A DNA stretch of 64,000 bases, taken from the NCBI RefSeq assembly GCF_964355755.1, contig NC_092677.1:15522101-15586100 (forward strand), given 5' to 3'. Position 1 is the stretch's first letter. Every line of letters starts with the position of its first letter. The notes below the pieces were generated by a model. The model was not told the origin of the DNA and did not search any database. It was given only the letters and a program-made list of their open reading frames with translations. This document shows, piece after piece, positions 40,801 through 53,800 of this stretch. Made by a program: the position numbers and the translations under genes. The DNA comes from Antedon mediterranea (taxonomy: Eukaryota; Animalia; Echinodermata).

Positions 40801-43800
40801 CACATTTGTTTGTCTTTTTTTCCTTATATCTTCTCTTGTGCCTTCTTTATACATTGTTATACAGGCATTGTTCTTTCAATTTCAGGTTTTAGGTTAGGGT
40901 TCAACCGCTTGTTAGGTATACCTAATCCTAGAGACAGTGGATTTACAGTACAGTAACAGAGGTAATTAATACACTTAATTAATTAGTTATGGTTCATTTA
41001 TGGTTATAGATTACACATTACATGATGCTGTTGAAAGAGTATAGTATGTCATCAAAAACCATTATGACAAAAATGCAGTGACAATGATATCACTGCATTC
41101 CATAACGTTCCAATTCATTGCATCTCAATGAACAAACTAACCACATAATGTACATCCATCCAACAAAAAAAACAACACCACTGCCCTTACTTGTTTGTCC
41201 TGGTTTATAGATGGCTTTATCAGTTTGAATGTAGATGGAAAAGCCTTTTGAAACAAACTTCAATATTTTCTCTTCTGTAAACTTAACACCATTTAGTCCT
41301 AAAACCTCCAGAGTGTAAGTCCCATCGGCAGTGACACTCTCTGGTACCTGAAAAAAAACTATTTGTTTATTTTTTTCCACAAAAGCCACAGTACAATTTA
41401 TATATAAAATATAATATTATAAGATTAACAATGTGTGAAAGGAGATCAAAATAAATACAAATTATTAATTACATTGGCCACCTGAGCAGTCGTCAACATG
41501 ACAAGTACATATTAACTAATTTCAAGTTCACAGTAAAGAGCACTAGATCAGGTTAATATTCCAGTTTTTCACTAGTCAAAAAAAAGGTTATGTTGGAGTA
41601 ACTGGCCCAAAAATATAGGGTAGGTATTTATCTATATATAAATTTACGTAAGGACAAAATTCGGTAAATCGCGCCTTACTTCTAGAATTTTTACTCGATG
41701 GTATATAAAGTTGGTTCGTACTTTCGGTACTGATTTTAAACACCTGATGTAACCCTGTTTACTAATTAAATTAAGTTAGATAATTAGTTATTGACGATTA
41801 AAACGAATTTAGGTTCAACGATTTGCCCCAAATAGGGGTGTTTTCAGATCGTGGTATACACTGTCTAATGTATGTCCGTCTTTAAAAAATACCCGCCACA
41901 AAAATGTGAGGAGGCTTCGCATTTTCCTATCTCCTCCTACGATAATTGTTTTTAATAGCTGAAAACCGGTTGAACAGCTAGAGTACAGCATCATAATGTT
42001 GAAGACAGGCCGATTTTCTTAAAAAAATACTATTTTGATATATTTAATATACGATTATACAAATGTATTGATTTGCGATGAATGGAACATCCCAATCTCT
42101 CAGTCTGCCAAAGTTTGGTTTAACACAAGTGGGTAAATTTATGAGTCCTTGGTTTAACACATACGGTAGGTAAATATATAGGCCCTTTGAGAATAAACTT
42201 GCAATACTTTGACAATACTGTACTGTAAATACCTATAAACTATTAAATCATGTTGCGCAACTCTAACGTCATTCACAATAGGAGGTGCACAATTTCACGT
42301 AAATGCCCACATGTTGACATCAAAACAGTTCAAAAAGTACAGAAAAGCGATAAAATGCATAGTGATACCGGACCGACAGACAGTGAACTATAGAATCGCG
42401 TCCACGCGACTAAAAACTGGAAGGCAATACTACTGAGTTTTTAGTTAAAATTTAACTGTTTATTATCTTTTTAATAAGCAGAATCGATATTAATTTTTTT
42501 TTTTTTACAAAAGTGAACAACCTAACAAAACTACACAATAAGTTTAGTGTAGGGTATTGGTATTGTTTTGGCTTTCTTTTATATGAATAAAACAAAAATA
42601 AAGAAACAACATAAATGCAGATGTTTAATCAAGCATGTGTGAGCTATAGGCTTGCCCATCCAGAAAAAAAATTTCTTAAAACATATCTGTAAGTTAATGT
42701 TCATCTGGTTTTGAATATCCATGAGTTAGTACTGTCAAGCAGGTTAGTTTCAATAATTTTTGGTTTTTAAAAAATAACTACTAACTCATCAGTATAACAT
42801 TAATCAGAAGGAAATTACAGCACTCAGGTTAAATTAATGTAAACAGTAAAATATATTTTATTGATCCACTTGATGCAATGTTGATCCATCACAGTAAAGA
42901 AACTATGCAAAAACCAATCAAATTAATGCACTCATCTTAATAATACAGTAGACCAGGCTTTAAAGAATTTAACAACCTGTATTGTACAAAAATGCACCTT
43001 GGAAAGTGTATGGTACTAGATACTGAGTTGGGAGTACCGACACACTTAAAAACATTCACGTACGTGTTACGTGATTCTACGCCTGAGGGAGCACTACTAT
43101 ATTTAATATACACATGGCTGGCTCTCTCTTTCTCGATCATCGTAGATACTAGCGAACTTATTATTATATAATAATGAGAATTAACGAGTTATCGTTAATA
43201 CAAGAGTCTATTCTCGTTTCCTTTATATGGGTATGACACACGAATCACACTGAACTATAACTAAATAAATGTTTACAGTTAAAAACAGGGTCTACTAGCA
43301 CTGAATGTGTGAACCTAACTTATAATAGGAATAGCATGACTGTTGTGTCTCCCACTGAATCAGACTAACTCTTTCTGTTGCAAAAATAATCATTTAATGA
43401 TTCTGTAGTTGCCTAATTTTTTCGGCAGCAGAAACAGGAGAAATTTAAAATAACCACTTGGCATTCTCAAAATAAAAGTTACAAACACCCACGCGTTGGA
43501 ACGGAAATTCAACCAGCTATCGCAGTGAAACTATTAGCTGCAACAGATGTTTACCCAACTACTGTAGCATCTTGAACGTTTTAAAAACTGTTTTACAGAA
43601 ATCTTATTGCAATCAAATTGGTAACATTTTAAATAATTTATTCTTTCTTAAATCATGGCTTCCCTCTTGTTATTTGGAGTCAGTTTAATACTACTGTATG
43701 TTATTTAAACTCTTTAAATTGTTATAAACTTACAAAATTATTAAAAATAAGTTCAACACTCAGAATGAAATCTAAATTCTGAATATGAATAAATTAATAA

Positions 43801-44954
43801 ATTGATTTTGTTGCAGATAGGCCTTACCTGTAATTCAATAGTATCAACAGTACTACCAATATAGTTTCGTATAATTGATGCAACATTGATAGGCGAGGCA
43901 GAGTTTTTAATCAAGGCAGAGATGGTAAAAGACTCTTCTGTTTCAATGTTCATACTAAGAACGAGCGGCAATCCAGGACGTATAGTGTCAGGTGAAATGA
44001 TAATGTACCGTCTGTAAAAAGTAACCAAGATTAAATAATATTGTATTGATGTACTGTATTGTCCCCCAAAAACATGAAAAATGAAGAATAGTAAAATAAG
44101 ATTTTGAACGGAAATAACGGTTTTCACTTTATAAAAAACACATTTAAATAAATTCAACCAAAAAGCAACTGACTTCCAGTCAATTTGACTATTTTTTGCT
44201 TTCAATTACAGTTTTTTCAGGTAAATAATTTTTTTTTTTTTGCGATCACACTTTTCTTTAAGTGAATAATTATCATAAACATCAAAATGGCATATTCAAC
44301 AAAAAAACTTAAACAAATCATTTTTTATTGGGACAATATATCTAAAAGATACAGTAGTACTTTAGGACACCCCTTTTCTGGGGACACTTTCCTATTAGGT
44401 TTTTGTGACGTGAACAAAATGGTAAAACCAATCACAACTAAAGGAATGCTTGATTTGATGGCTGCAGTGTTAAAACATTGCACCAGGAAAGAGACTTTAA
44501 AATCGTCACGTTGACAAATTTAGGTGATTAAAGTTAAAACAGTAATAAAAATGATTTTTTTTTTCTTTAATCTATTGTTGCCATTTTAAGTTTATCTATT
44601 TTTGATTGTTCATTTTTTTTTCAAAGTATTTGAAAGGAATTAAAAGACAAAAAATAATAATGAATACAATTTTGAATACCATAGGAAAAATAGTCACTTT
44701 CACTTCAAATAAATAATGATTCGCATAACAAAAGATAATTTAATAAATATATTGTATTTAATAGTAATAATAAAATTAATAAGAACACATTAACCCTTAT
44801 GAATCATTTCAATATATATTGAAACTCAATTTTGAAATTTACAACCAAGTATTTTCTGATGAGGCTTTACAAAGAATCTTTTAAAAACTTACCCATAAGA
44901 CATGTGAATGAATCCAAACATAATGCAAAATATGGTTACATAATTTAAGGCCAT
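22849..44954 (-). CDS. CD109-like thioester-containing protein (alpha-2-macroglobulin/TEP family), copy 1, about 1514 aa, 30 coding exons
   Basis: Exons (minus strand): 44954-44893, 44011-43828, 41347-41191, 39655-39585, 39239-39111, 38417-38293, 37819-37738, 36602-36387, 36265-36077, 35811-35632, 35060-34869, 34549-34400, 33698-33561, 33377-33323, 33010-32749, 31974-31857, 31466-31353, 31176-31069, 30585-30442, 29740-29596, 29290-29114, 28956-28718, 28382-28299, 28010-27830, 26868-26645, 25606-25448, 25122-24950, 24510-24348, 23703-23598, 23066-22849. Sum 4545 nt, all GT-AG, phases consistent. Motifs: signal peptide, IQTDKAIYKPGQT, EYVLPKFEV, AVDQSVLLL, FPETWLW, PDTITSW, GCGEQ (29220-29234), DGSFSAFG, STQDTVVALQAL, hydrophobic GPI-signal-like C-terminus. 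Confidence 0.95.
25570..26240. repeat. Minisatellite, about 10 copies of an approx. 69-bp unit, derived from a TEP intron/exon boundary
   Basis: Unit atatgaggcaagagcttgcaaggctacaacagtgtcctagtagaagaaaaaaagtcctagagcacatg; the first unit overlaps exon 25448-25606. Confidence 0.92.
27211..27530 (-). mobile_element. tRNA-derived SINE
   Basis: Homologous to 32191-32502; (att)n tail. Confidence 0.85.
29862..29983. mobile_element. Short MITE (same family as 19390)
   Basis: gctctgtctaaactatcaaac...gtttaatagtgttgacagagc. Confidence 0.7.
32191..32502 (-). mobile_element. tRNA-derived SINE, well preserved
   Basis: A-box tggccgagcgg and B-box ggttcgaggc on the minus strand, core ggataaggactataaaccgtaggtcc...aaagaacc...gagtaggggg, (aaac)n tail. 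Confidence 0.88.
33737..33880. mobile_element. Short MITE (same family as 19390)
   Basis: aagctctgtctacactttcaaac...gtttaatagtgtagatag. Confidence 0.7.
34190..34362 (-). mobile_element. Degraded copy of the same SINE family
   Basis: gttctttaagtgcacac...gatgtgtac and cactcggccactca match 32326-32500. Confidence 0.55.
41631..42240 (+). mobile_element. 5' half of the non-autonomous Helitron family
   Basis: A|TCTATATATAAATTTACGTAAGG start, colinear with 12547-13120, then similarity is lost. Confidence 0.88.
42300..42416 (+). mobile_element. 3' terminus of a Helentron/HINE-like element
   Basis: ggaccgacagacagtgaactatagaatcgcgtccacgcgactaaaaa: GACA/GACC microsatellite followed by the TCGCGT..ACGCGA palindrome. 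Confidence 0.5.
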
Positions 44955-45421
44955 TGTCTTTAATTTAATCTAGGAAAAAAATGATTTAAATACTGATAAT
45001 TCAATAAATACTAAATTAACGTTTCTTATTGTAATTCGAAATTTCAAGTGATTTTTTGTCTCCAGCTTTTTTTTTCTTGTGATATTTGGATACAAAAAAC
45101 ATATTCCAGTATGACCTCACATAACTGACTCAGGCTAAACCGGTTTTGTGGTTCATAATCATTTTCCTGCTGCACAGATAAGATCTTATATTTAAAACAG
45201 ATTGGATATTCATGTTACTGAATACATTTACCATTTACTGTCAAGCTATAAATGTCAATTTGTCAATTTTTAAATGAAAGTTGAAAATAAAGTAGATCAG
45301 CTGACCAAATAAAAATTAATTTTGCTAAAAGGGAAGTTAATCTGGAATATTTAATGTGATGCAATATTAGATTAAGATCCATCTATTAATATATCGTCCA
45401 CTAAAATTAAATTACGTTAGT

Positions 45422-46012
45422 AGCCACATTCACATAAGATTTTATCGTGCTCTCGTATCGTGATATTGAATATCGCGTTAGCAGGAACAGCGTTCACATA
45501 GAATTGGACATCTTGATATAAGTATGCTAATGAGGGGCAATGTTGCGTGACAGAGGTCAAACGTTGAGAACATGGTGTGTGATGTGGTGTGGTAGCTTGT
45601 TTGTTGGTTTGTTGTTGTTTGCGTTGCGCGAGTTCAGTTTTATACAGCAGTTATCCGAAGATTGAAAAAAAATTGAACGAAAGATTGCGATAAAATAAAA
45701 AGAATGTATTGCAGCTTGCTTGATTGAAGAATATAACGTGCTGTCAAAATTATTGTTGTTGTTGTTATGTTGGGGTCGTCTGCTTCCGGTTGGGTCGATG
45801 ACCCATACATCACCTGATTAGCAACCGAGCGCTGATTGGTTGAATTTCGTCTCTTATCACGATAACTTCGTAAGATCATGATAACTAACGTGCTCTCCGA
45901 GAGCATGTTAGCCGGAATTAACGTGATATCCAAGATCACGTTAACAACTTCCTGCAGGTTCACATTGAACATCATGATAAAGAAACTCACGATAATTTCT
46001 GAATGTGAATCT
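45422..46012. mobile_element. Probable MITE of about 590 bp
   Basis: Imperfect TIRs cacattca..agattttatcgtg / cacgataatttctgaatgtg with internal inverted sub-repeats. Confidence 0.5.
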
Positions 46013-46054
46013 AATGAGAGTTTAGCATGGTACTGTACCTGCATGGGCTATTAA

Positions 46055-47134
46055 CACTTTGACTGCCAAACATGGAGATCTTCGTGTTTGGAAACACAAG
46101 GCTTGACTGAACTCGGAGATCTTCATGTTTGGAAACTCAACACTTGACTGCCAAACACTAGAGATCTTCGTGTTTGGAAACACAACGCTTGACTGCCAAA
46201 CGCGGAGATCTCTGTGTTTCGTTTTTTTTTTTTTATGAAATCCAGTAGATAGGTTAATAATTGGTATATTCTATCAATATAGACACTTCTGGACCGTAAA
46301 TATTATATTAATTAATTTATAGCTAATCTGGTTACGAATGACTGTCAAAACGGTACCTGTCGAAACATCAACATACCCCACGCATCACAGTAGCGTGTAG
46401 AGCGCTGGCTTGGCGCGTCATGTACCGGCTGCTCTAGCTAATATACTAGAAGTATTACAAAGGTTTTTGTGGATTGGCATGTTTGTTTGTTACCCGAATA
46501 AAAAGTAATGGTGTCATTTTGAATATGAAATCTTTAATTTTATTATTTATTTATATGTATTATATTGTATGTTATATACCGTAATGGTTTCGTTGTTTCA
46601 CTAAGTGACTGATTTTCCGCACAACAGACCTGTTTGGAAATGGTATGGATTATCATCAGTTTACTAGTAGGCCTAGTCACAAAACGGTTCCGGACGAACT
46701 TTAGGCCAGATTGACTAGGCCTCATGGTGTCTTTACTATGTGAATTTTGGCAAAAATTTGACGCAAGATCAATGATTTATAAAATGTAATACATTTTTAG
46801 ATAGTGATAACTTGTTTTTATAGGCCTATTGATGCCGTGTAAGTAACGTTTACTTTGTTTGTTGATCTGATCGGGCGTTATTTTCAAATTGTGATGTCTT
46901 GCACAAAATCGCGAATATCTCGACTTTATTTCTTGTGCGAAACTACAAAAAACTAAAAAAGGGGTTAATTTTATTTTACTATTACGATTTACATATTGTG
47001 ATTTGAACATCGTTCTTGGTACCATTGACAATTGTAAAGCTAAAATAGTTTCAATCGGCTTTAATAAAAACATCAAAATTAAAAACGCTGGCGGTGGCAG
47101 TTTCAAACTGGAAAAACCTCTGGCATTCAAAATG
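46055..47134. mobile_element. piggyBac-like non-autonomous element
   Basis: TTAA|cactttgactgcca ... tggcattcaaaatg|CTAA; four approx. 43-bp subterminal repeats (ttgactgccaaac..ggagatcttcgtgtttggaaacacaa) at 46058-46220. Confidence 0.7.
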
Positions 47135-48387
47135 CTAAGAATACTTAATATAAAAAGTAAATAAGTAGTTAGCCAGGAATACGGTTTGGTCTAAGCTAAC
47201 AAGACACCAACCCAAATGCCTACGGTACGGGGATCTAACACACTCTATATAGCAGTTTTTTGGGTTTTTTTTATTCAGTATATTACACAGAGGCGCCTTA
47301 CAAGATGGAACCACCTTAGTTACAAGGCGCCTCAGATTTAACAAATACAACATTTTAAAACAAAAAACTAACAGAAACATCAATCAAATCTTCAAGAATT
47401 AACAATTAATTGTTGTACATAATAAAACAATAAAGCATTTTCACAATTTGAAAGAAGATCAAAACCAAAAATAAAAATTTCACTTAAAAATTTTATATGT
47501 TAAAGAAAAATCCTTGGCTAAGATATCCTCAATACATGGCAGTTATAATCACAAATAGAAAATAGCATTGTACAATTTACCTTTTTCCTAAAGTAACCAG
47601 TCAGAAAGACACCAACTACAGTTCAGTTTATAGCAATGACACACGTCTCTGCTGCAAACCAAAGTTGTTTAATTATTTTTGACATACAGTGCCAGTTAAT
47701 AAATACACATTTGTTATGCATGACTACATACAATTACAAGTGGGAGGAGTGGGAAAAAACAGGGGACAGCATGCGATTTATTATCAAAGCTTATCATGCC
47801 GCGGCATTATTTAGCCGTTTTGACATAATCTGGCATAATTTTGTGTTTTTGAACAACCAAAAAAATAATATACGCAATTACCGTTTTCGCAACCCCCAAT
47901 AAGGGAAATTATATTAGTTATTTTTCACACAAAACTAAATATATAAATTGTGTACGACATGGAATACAATTTTAGGTCCTATTTTGTGTCAGAGTTGGGG
48001 ATTTACCAATGTTATCGCAGTTCAAAAAGTGATTCTCCATGGAGAGGGAACCAACAAGATGGTGGCTGCAATCGACCAATCAATTCGCATTTATACGCTT
48101 AAAGGCCAGGTGGGGGAAAACAATTTCTATTGATCATACATTCCAATAATTATCGATCTATAGTTTCCCCTATGTTTCATTATTTTTAGGATTTTATTTG
48201 TGTTAAACGAGCTTGTTGAAAATAAGCACTTTCTTATCAAGTTCAAATTACAAATAAAATCTCTCTTTTTGAACTGCTATAACATTGTTCTTTACAATAA
48301 ATTAAAGAACACGGCAGAAATATAAAGTGAGACGTTGCTTTAATTGGAGTGATTAATTTAGTGAATGAAAGAAACAAATAATCTTAC

Positions 48388-48446
48388 CCATTAGCCATGT
48401 GAATACAAATACAAAATATTGTTAGGCCTACATACTTCAGAGCCAT
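48388..48446 (-). CDS. Second, paralogous TEP signal-peptide exon (alternative first coding exon or orphan)
   Basis: ag|gtctaaaaca ATG...GG|gtaag encodes MALKYVGLTIFCICIHMANG, homologous to MALNYVTIFCIMFGFIHMSYG at 44893-44954, same phase 2. Confidence 0.75.
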
Positions 48447-50866
48447 TGTTTTAGACCTGTTTAAGAAAATAATAATAATATTAAAATATTTTGAAAACAA
48501 CAACTTCTACAGTATGGGATAAATGGGTTTAATACAACAGATGAGATAAAATCAAAATCAATAACATACTCAATCATTAAAATCAATGAATCTAATAGAT
48601 TATGACATCACCTTTCCCAAATCTAATCAAATGGTTGAATGGTTATGCTCAGCTCCCTAGGTTGAGGCTTGGTTCAAACCCATCAGTAGGCCTACAACTT
48701 TTTTAACTTACCATCGTCTTTATACCATGTTCTTTTCTGACCATGATTGCCATAGAGGGATAATTTTCATTTGGTAGATCAAAGAAAAAGTAAACTTGAG
48801 AACTTTAGTTTTATTACGACTATGTAACTTTTTATCGTTAAAAAAGAGGATTTTGTCAGGAAACGAATCAAGAAATTTGTCAAGTAAAAATTCAGCGCAG
48901 CCAGGGTTTTCTCCTTATAAAGCACATAACATTGTAAAGGTGCAAAGAAGTAGGCTACAATGATCCAATCTCTTTAGCTTCCCATTTGATGGTAAAACAG
49001 TAAACGGTACTACTAAAAAACACATTTTTAAAACATAATTTGAATCCATCCAATGTAAAGTTGATCGAATTTACTTTACATAAAATGATTATACGTGTGG
49101 CGTGAGGAGGGTGCACCCCCTCCATGGATCTGCTACCGTTTCCATTTTTTCACTTCAAAAATGTCTTTTAGTATTTGTCTTTCCCTGAAGATGTGTTCTC
49201 TTTGACTAACATTCGCATAAGCAAAATAAAAGAATGGTTGTGGACCTATTCAAACTACAAAATTTCACATGAAATTTTTCCCACGAAATAGTCCTGCGAA
49301 ATACACCATCATTAACAACTTTAAATGAAATCATCAACAATGAGACAGTTGTGTGCCAGTGTGTACTTTGCAACAGTCGTAACAGGATATTATGGTTTTG
49401 GCCAAAAATTCAACCTTCAATTCAATATCATACATGACGTAAGCATGTGAAAATCGTTTTTCCTTTGCAAATTGACAGGGTCCAGACGTTACATACACTT
49501 CTGACGTGTTTGGCCAATTATGCATAACAATCGTTAGTCTTACAGGTATAGAATTATGCATTTTTTGTCAACTTAAAGTTTAATAAAAAAAATCAAAAAA
49601 TAATTTGTATAGGCTAGGAAGGTTATTAGCCCAGGTATACAGTTTGGTCCGCTTCAGGTATGTACTCACTTCTTAAACTGATCACCAATCTACCTACAGT
49701 ACATTGAGGGAAGATTCAGTCTTCCCTGGTACACACACCTATGGAGCACACCGTATCATACAACCAATCAGGCATTTACCATACCAAGAATCTCACACAG
49801 AAACCTATTAAATTAATCACAAATAAAAACAATTTTTGCACACTTTACCTTTTCTCCAGGTATCCACAAAAATTACCAAATGCAGTTATTTCATATAGAC
49901 ACCAATGTATCCATCCAACCAACTTTTATTTATTGACATAATCACACACTACTGTACTACAGTACTACTAAGTACATGATTTGTTATGCATGGCAACATA
50001 CATATTCAAGAAATAACAGGTGGTGGCAGCATGTAGTTTAACATAAAAAGAGAAGATATGTCATTTTTATTCTCCATCTAAATCACAGACATGTATTCCT
50101 ATTTTTTTTAAAGATGTATAGTCCCTCAAAAACATGAACACTCTTATCTTTTTACAAATAAATAAATATATATTTTTTCAATTATATATTTTTTTAACAA
50201 ACCTAATTTTTTACATTATTGTTCTATTAAAAAAATGAAGGTTTTGTTACAAAGTCGAAAAATATAGAAACTTACAAAAATCAAAATCATCACAAATCAA
50301 AAATATATGCTGCATAATTCACACACCTTAATTTGGTTATTAGGATTTGCAAAAATAGATTAGCAAAATTAAATTGACAAAATATCGATTAATATTTTCT
50401 AAATATTGATTAGTATTGCGATTATCAATTTACCTAAACCTAAAACATGATTGCTTTATGATAATTATTGAAATTTAAATATTAAATATTTTAGTTTTAC
50501 TAAAGTACTGTGTAATATCTTTAATCCATTAAATAATAATGTTTAAGTAACTCAAGTTATAAAAAAATAGTAATAGTGAAACATTTCACCTCATATATAC
50601 ACCTTAGGCCTACAGATTCAACTATACCAAAACCCAACATTTCAATATGATCCTCTTTTTACTGTATGATTTATAAAAATATGATCTTGATTACATACAA
50701 AAAGTCCTACAAATAATGTTTAAAATGTTGTGTTATATAATTTGAGTAAGTGTATGCAAACATGATATGCATTTAAAATTCTTTTTTGTTTAGAGACATA
50801 TTTTATTAAACTTATAATTCAGAAGAAACACCTTACATTTTATTAGAGATATCAGATAACATTTTA

Positions 50867-53800
50867 TTAACCCTGATAGTTTACTCCAAGCATTAACCCT
50901 GTAATGAAACAGCTCAAGATGAGTGTAGCGATATTAAGAAGTGGGTGAGGGGTCATTTGAATGACAGCTGCAGAGGGTTCTGGAGTGGTGTCTGCTGCAC
51001 TCAAGCTGATTGCTTCTCCACAAGTATCACACAATTCATGGATGTTTGATTTACTCAAAGCATCAGATACATAAAACTTTGTGATTTTTTCATCTGGGGA
51101 TTAAGACAATTAAGGTACAATCAATCACCCAGGAAAAATAAGAAGGTGTTCCTGTCAGTATTTAAACAGCTAGATGAAAGGCAGGTGGGGGCATTGTGAA
51201 GTACACTTGTGGAAGTTATAACGTCAGAGAACAAAGATCAGGCAAAAACCCAAAATCAGTATACTGTCTCTATTAGTCATTGTTTATTTTATTAGAATTC
51301 TTAGGCACAGCACTAGATGCGAAATGGGCCAATGTCCAATAATGAGTATTTTATGGCTATCTCAAATGTGTTCAATGTATTTCAAACAATAATATTACTC
51401 GGGTGCCAATCACGTATAACAAAATGTGAAATTTTAAAATTATCCCAAGTAGGTTGAGGTGGCCAGGGGATCGTTTCATATCACTTGTAAATCATTTCTC
51501 ATTACGGCATTATTGTGCATTCAATATTTACAGTAGGCCTACAATGGGTTTACATTTCAAAGTTTCTATAACCATAAGGTAACTATTTATAAGAAATAAT
51601 TAAATTCCTACCTGGTTGGTAGTAATTATACAACTTTACTGGGCTAGGTTTTATGTTGGAAACAATATTTGTCCTGTAAGCTGTAATAATCACACAAGTT
51701 GGAGAATCATATGCAATCTGGAAAATTAAAAGCAATATTAATCCAAGCTTATGAAAAAACAAACCAATTTATGGAACCCTATTTCTAAATTTAAACTGAA
51801 CAAACAAATCCCTAACATTATGTACATTATCTTTACAAAGTTCATGCATAGTATGGCGGAGTGGTTATGAAAAAGCAGTGTCAGTTTTACCATGGACCTG
51901 GTCCATGGTTTTAATGTACATCATTTAGTAAAATCTGTAGTGTGCATTTAAAAAATAACACGAAAATAGTGTTTAACTATAGAAGTCATAGTGGGTTGAA
52001 TAAAAGCATATAATAGCTTTTCATCTTACCTCATCAAAGTACAGAATAGCATTTCTCTTCTGCAATTCATATTTCTGCAAAGTGGCAATATTTTGAAGTT
52101 CATGTCTGATCCTATCCTCATCTACCGCAAAGCCTGAAGGGATACCAATTTCCATGATTGACATTCCGCTTTGCACCATATTTTTTAGATACCTGGTAAG
52201 ATAATCAAAAACTGATAATATATCCATATAATTGCTTCCATATTTACTTCTTTTGGTTCTGTCATGTTATACATTTTTAAACTATCCCCTTCAAGTGATT
52301 CTGAGGAACTTTTTCTATATGTAAGACTCATCAGTGCAAGGTTAAATTTCAATTCCAACCGGAGGCCTTCTATCAAGCAAACACCTTTTGGAAAAATTGA
52401 TCTTGTCCCCCGTGGGTTTCCGATTACTAGTTGGACAAAAGATATCCAAAAACTATGATATTATATAAGGTGATCTCTGTGCTAAAATTAACAATTTATT
52501 TTATAAACAGCAATGCATTTTTGATGAAATGACTTACTGTCCACCAACTTCAATCTGAATATTGTTTGAATCATTGTCAATCACTGCTATCGTGACGTTA
52601 AATGCTGGTTCTTCTACAACTTCTTGCACGTTGTACATAACAGAGAATTGTAAAAGAAATGATCTGCTTCCGGAGGCCGATACATCAACTGAACCAGATG
52701 ACACAGGAATCTAAATTAAAATCACAAAAATAAAATACAGTATTTATGATATCCCTAACAAGAATATCATTTTAATTAATAACCATCAACTTGAGCCATT
52801 GAACCCACACCTATAAAGCCAGCGTTTTTTCCTCTCGTAACTGCACTGTAATATTTAATGAATCACAATAATTAATTATTATTAAGAAATAATACATTAC
52901 CTCCAACTGCTGAAATACGAGAGCATTGTCACTGTTAACAATAAGCGACTGAGTGTAGGTTGGATCCTCTGATACTGTTACATCCAAAACAACCTCACCA
53001 CTATTTTCGCTGAATTGACCAGCATATGATGCAAGCGCTTGCAAGGCTACAACAGTGTCCTGGTAGGAGATAAAATAAAATCCAGAGCTGTAATCGAAGA
53101 CCAACCCAAGGCAGGTCTATCACTGTGTTGTCTCTTTGAGCAGAAACCATTAAACCTGTGTCGAGGTGGGGAGTTAGGGAAACGTCCCAATATCTCTGCA
53201 TATACACAATGAATTAACATGACATAGTTTGGTCGTCGCCAATCGAAAGTAGCAAAAGTGTATCAAGATTAAAGTTGTACCTGTGTTGAGGAATAACCTC
53301 CAATTTCACTTCGTTGTCTAGTCAACCATTTTGCAATTGACGATTCTTCAAAGATATCATCATGTGCAAGATAGGTGAGGAGGCCGTAGCCTGTCATTTC
53401 AACATCAGATGAGGGAGGTTTTCCATACGGTCGAATCCAGATATCATCCTTAGACTCATCATCTGTTGTGTTTTTATCCTGGCGACGCCAATATTTCATT
53501 CCGTCTTTAAAACAACCAATGGTAAAAAGTAGTAAAATTGACATAATAAAAGGAGTAAATAAGTAGCTTAGCTTAATATGAGGCATGAAGAAATAAGCAA
53601 TCTTTACTCTGTAACAGCGAGATTAGATTAAGTATTATGGTCAAATATTAGTGTGGACAGGACACAAGAATCTCTGCCATAAATAACAAGTTAGTTGAAT
53701 TCAAGTTTCCCAATAATGATATTTCACCAAAAAGAAATATGTATTTTGGAAATTGCCACTACCATTATGTCAAATATACCTGTAGGTCAGGGTCAAGTGG

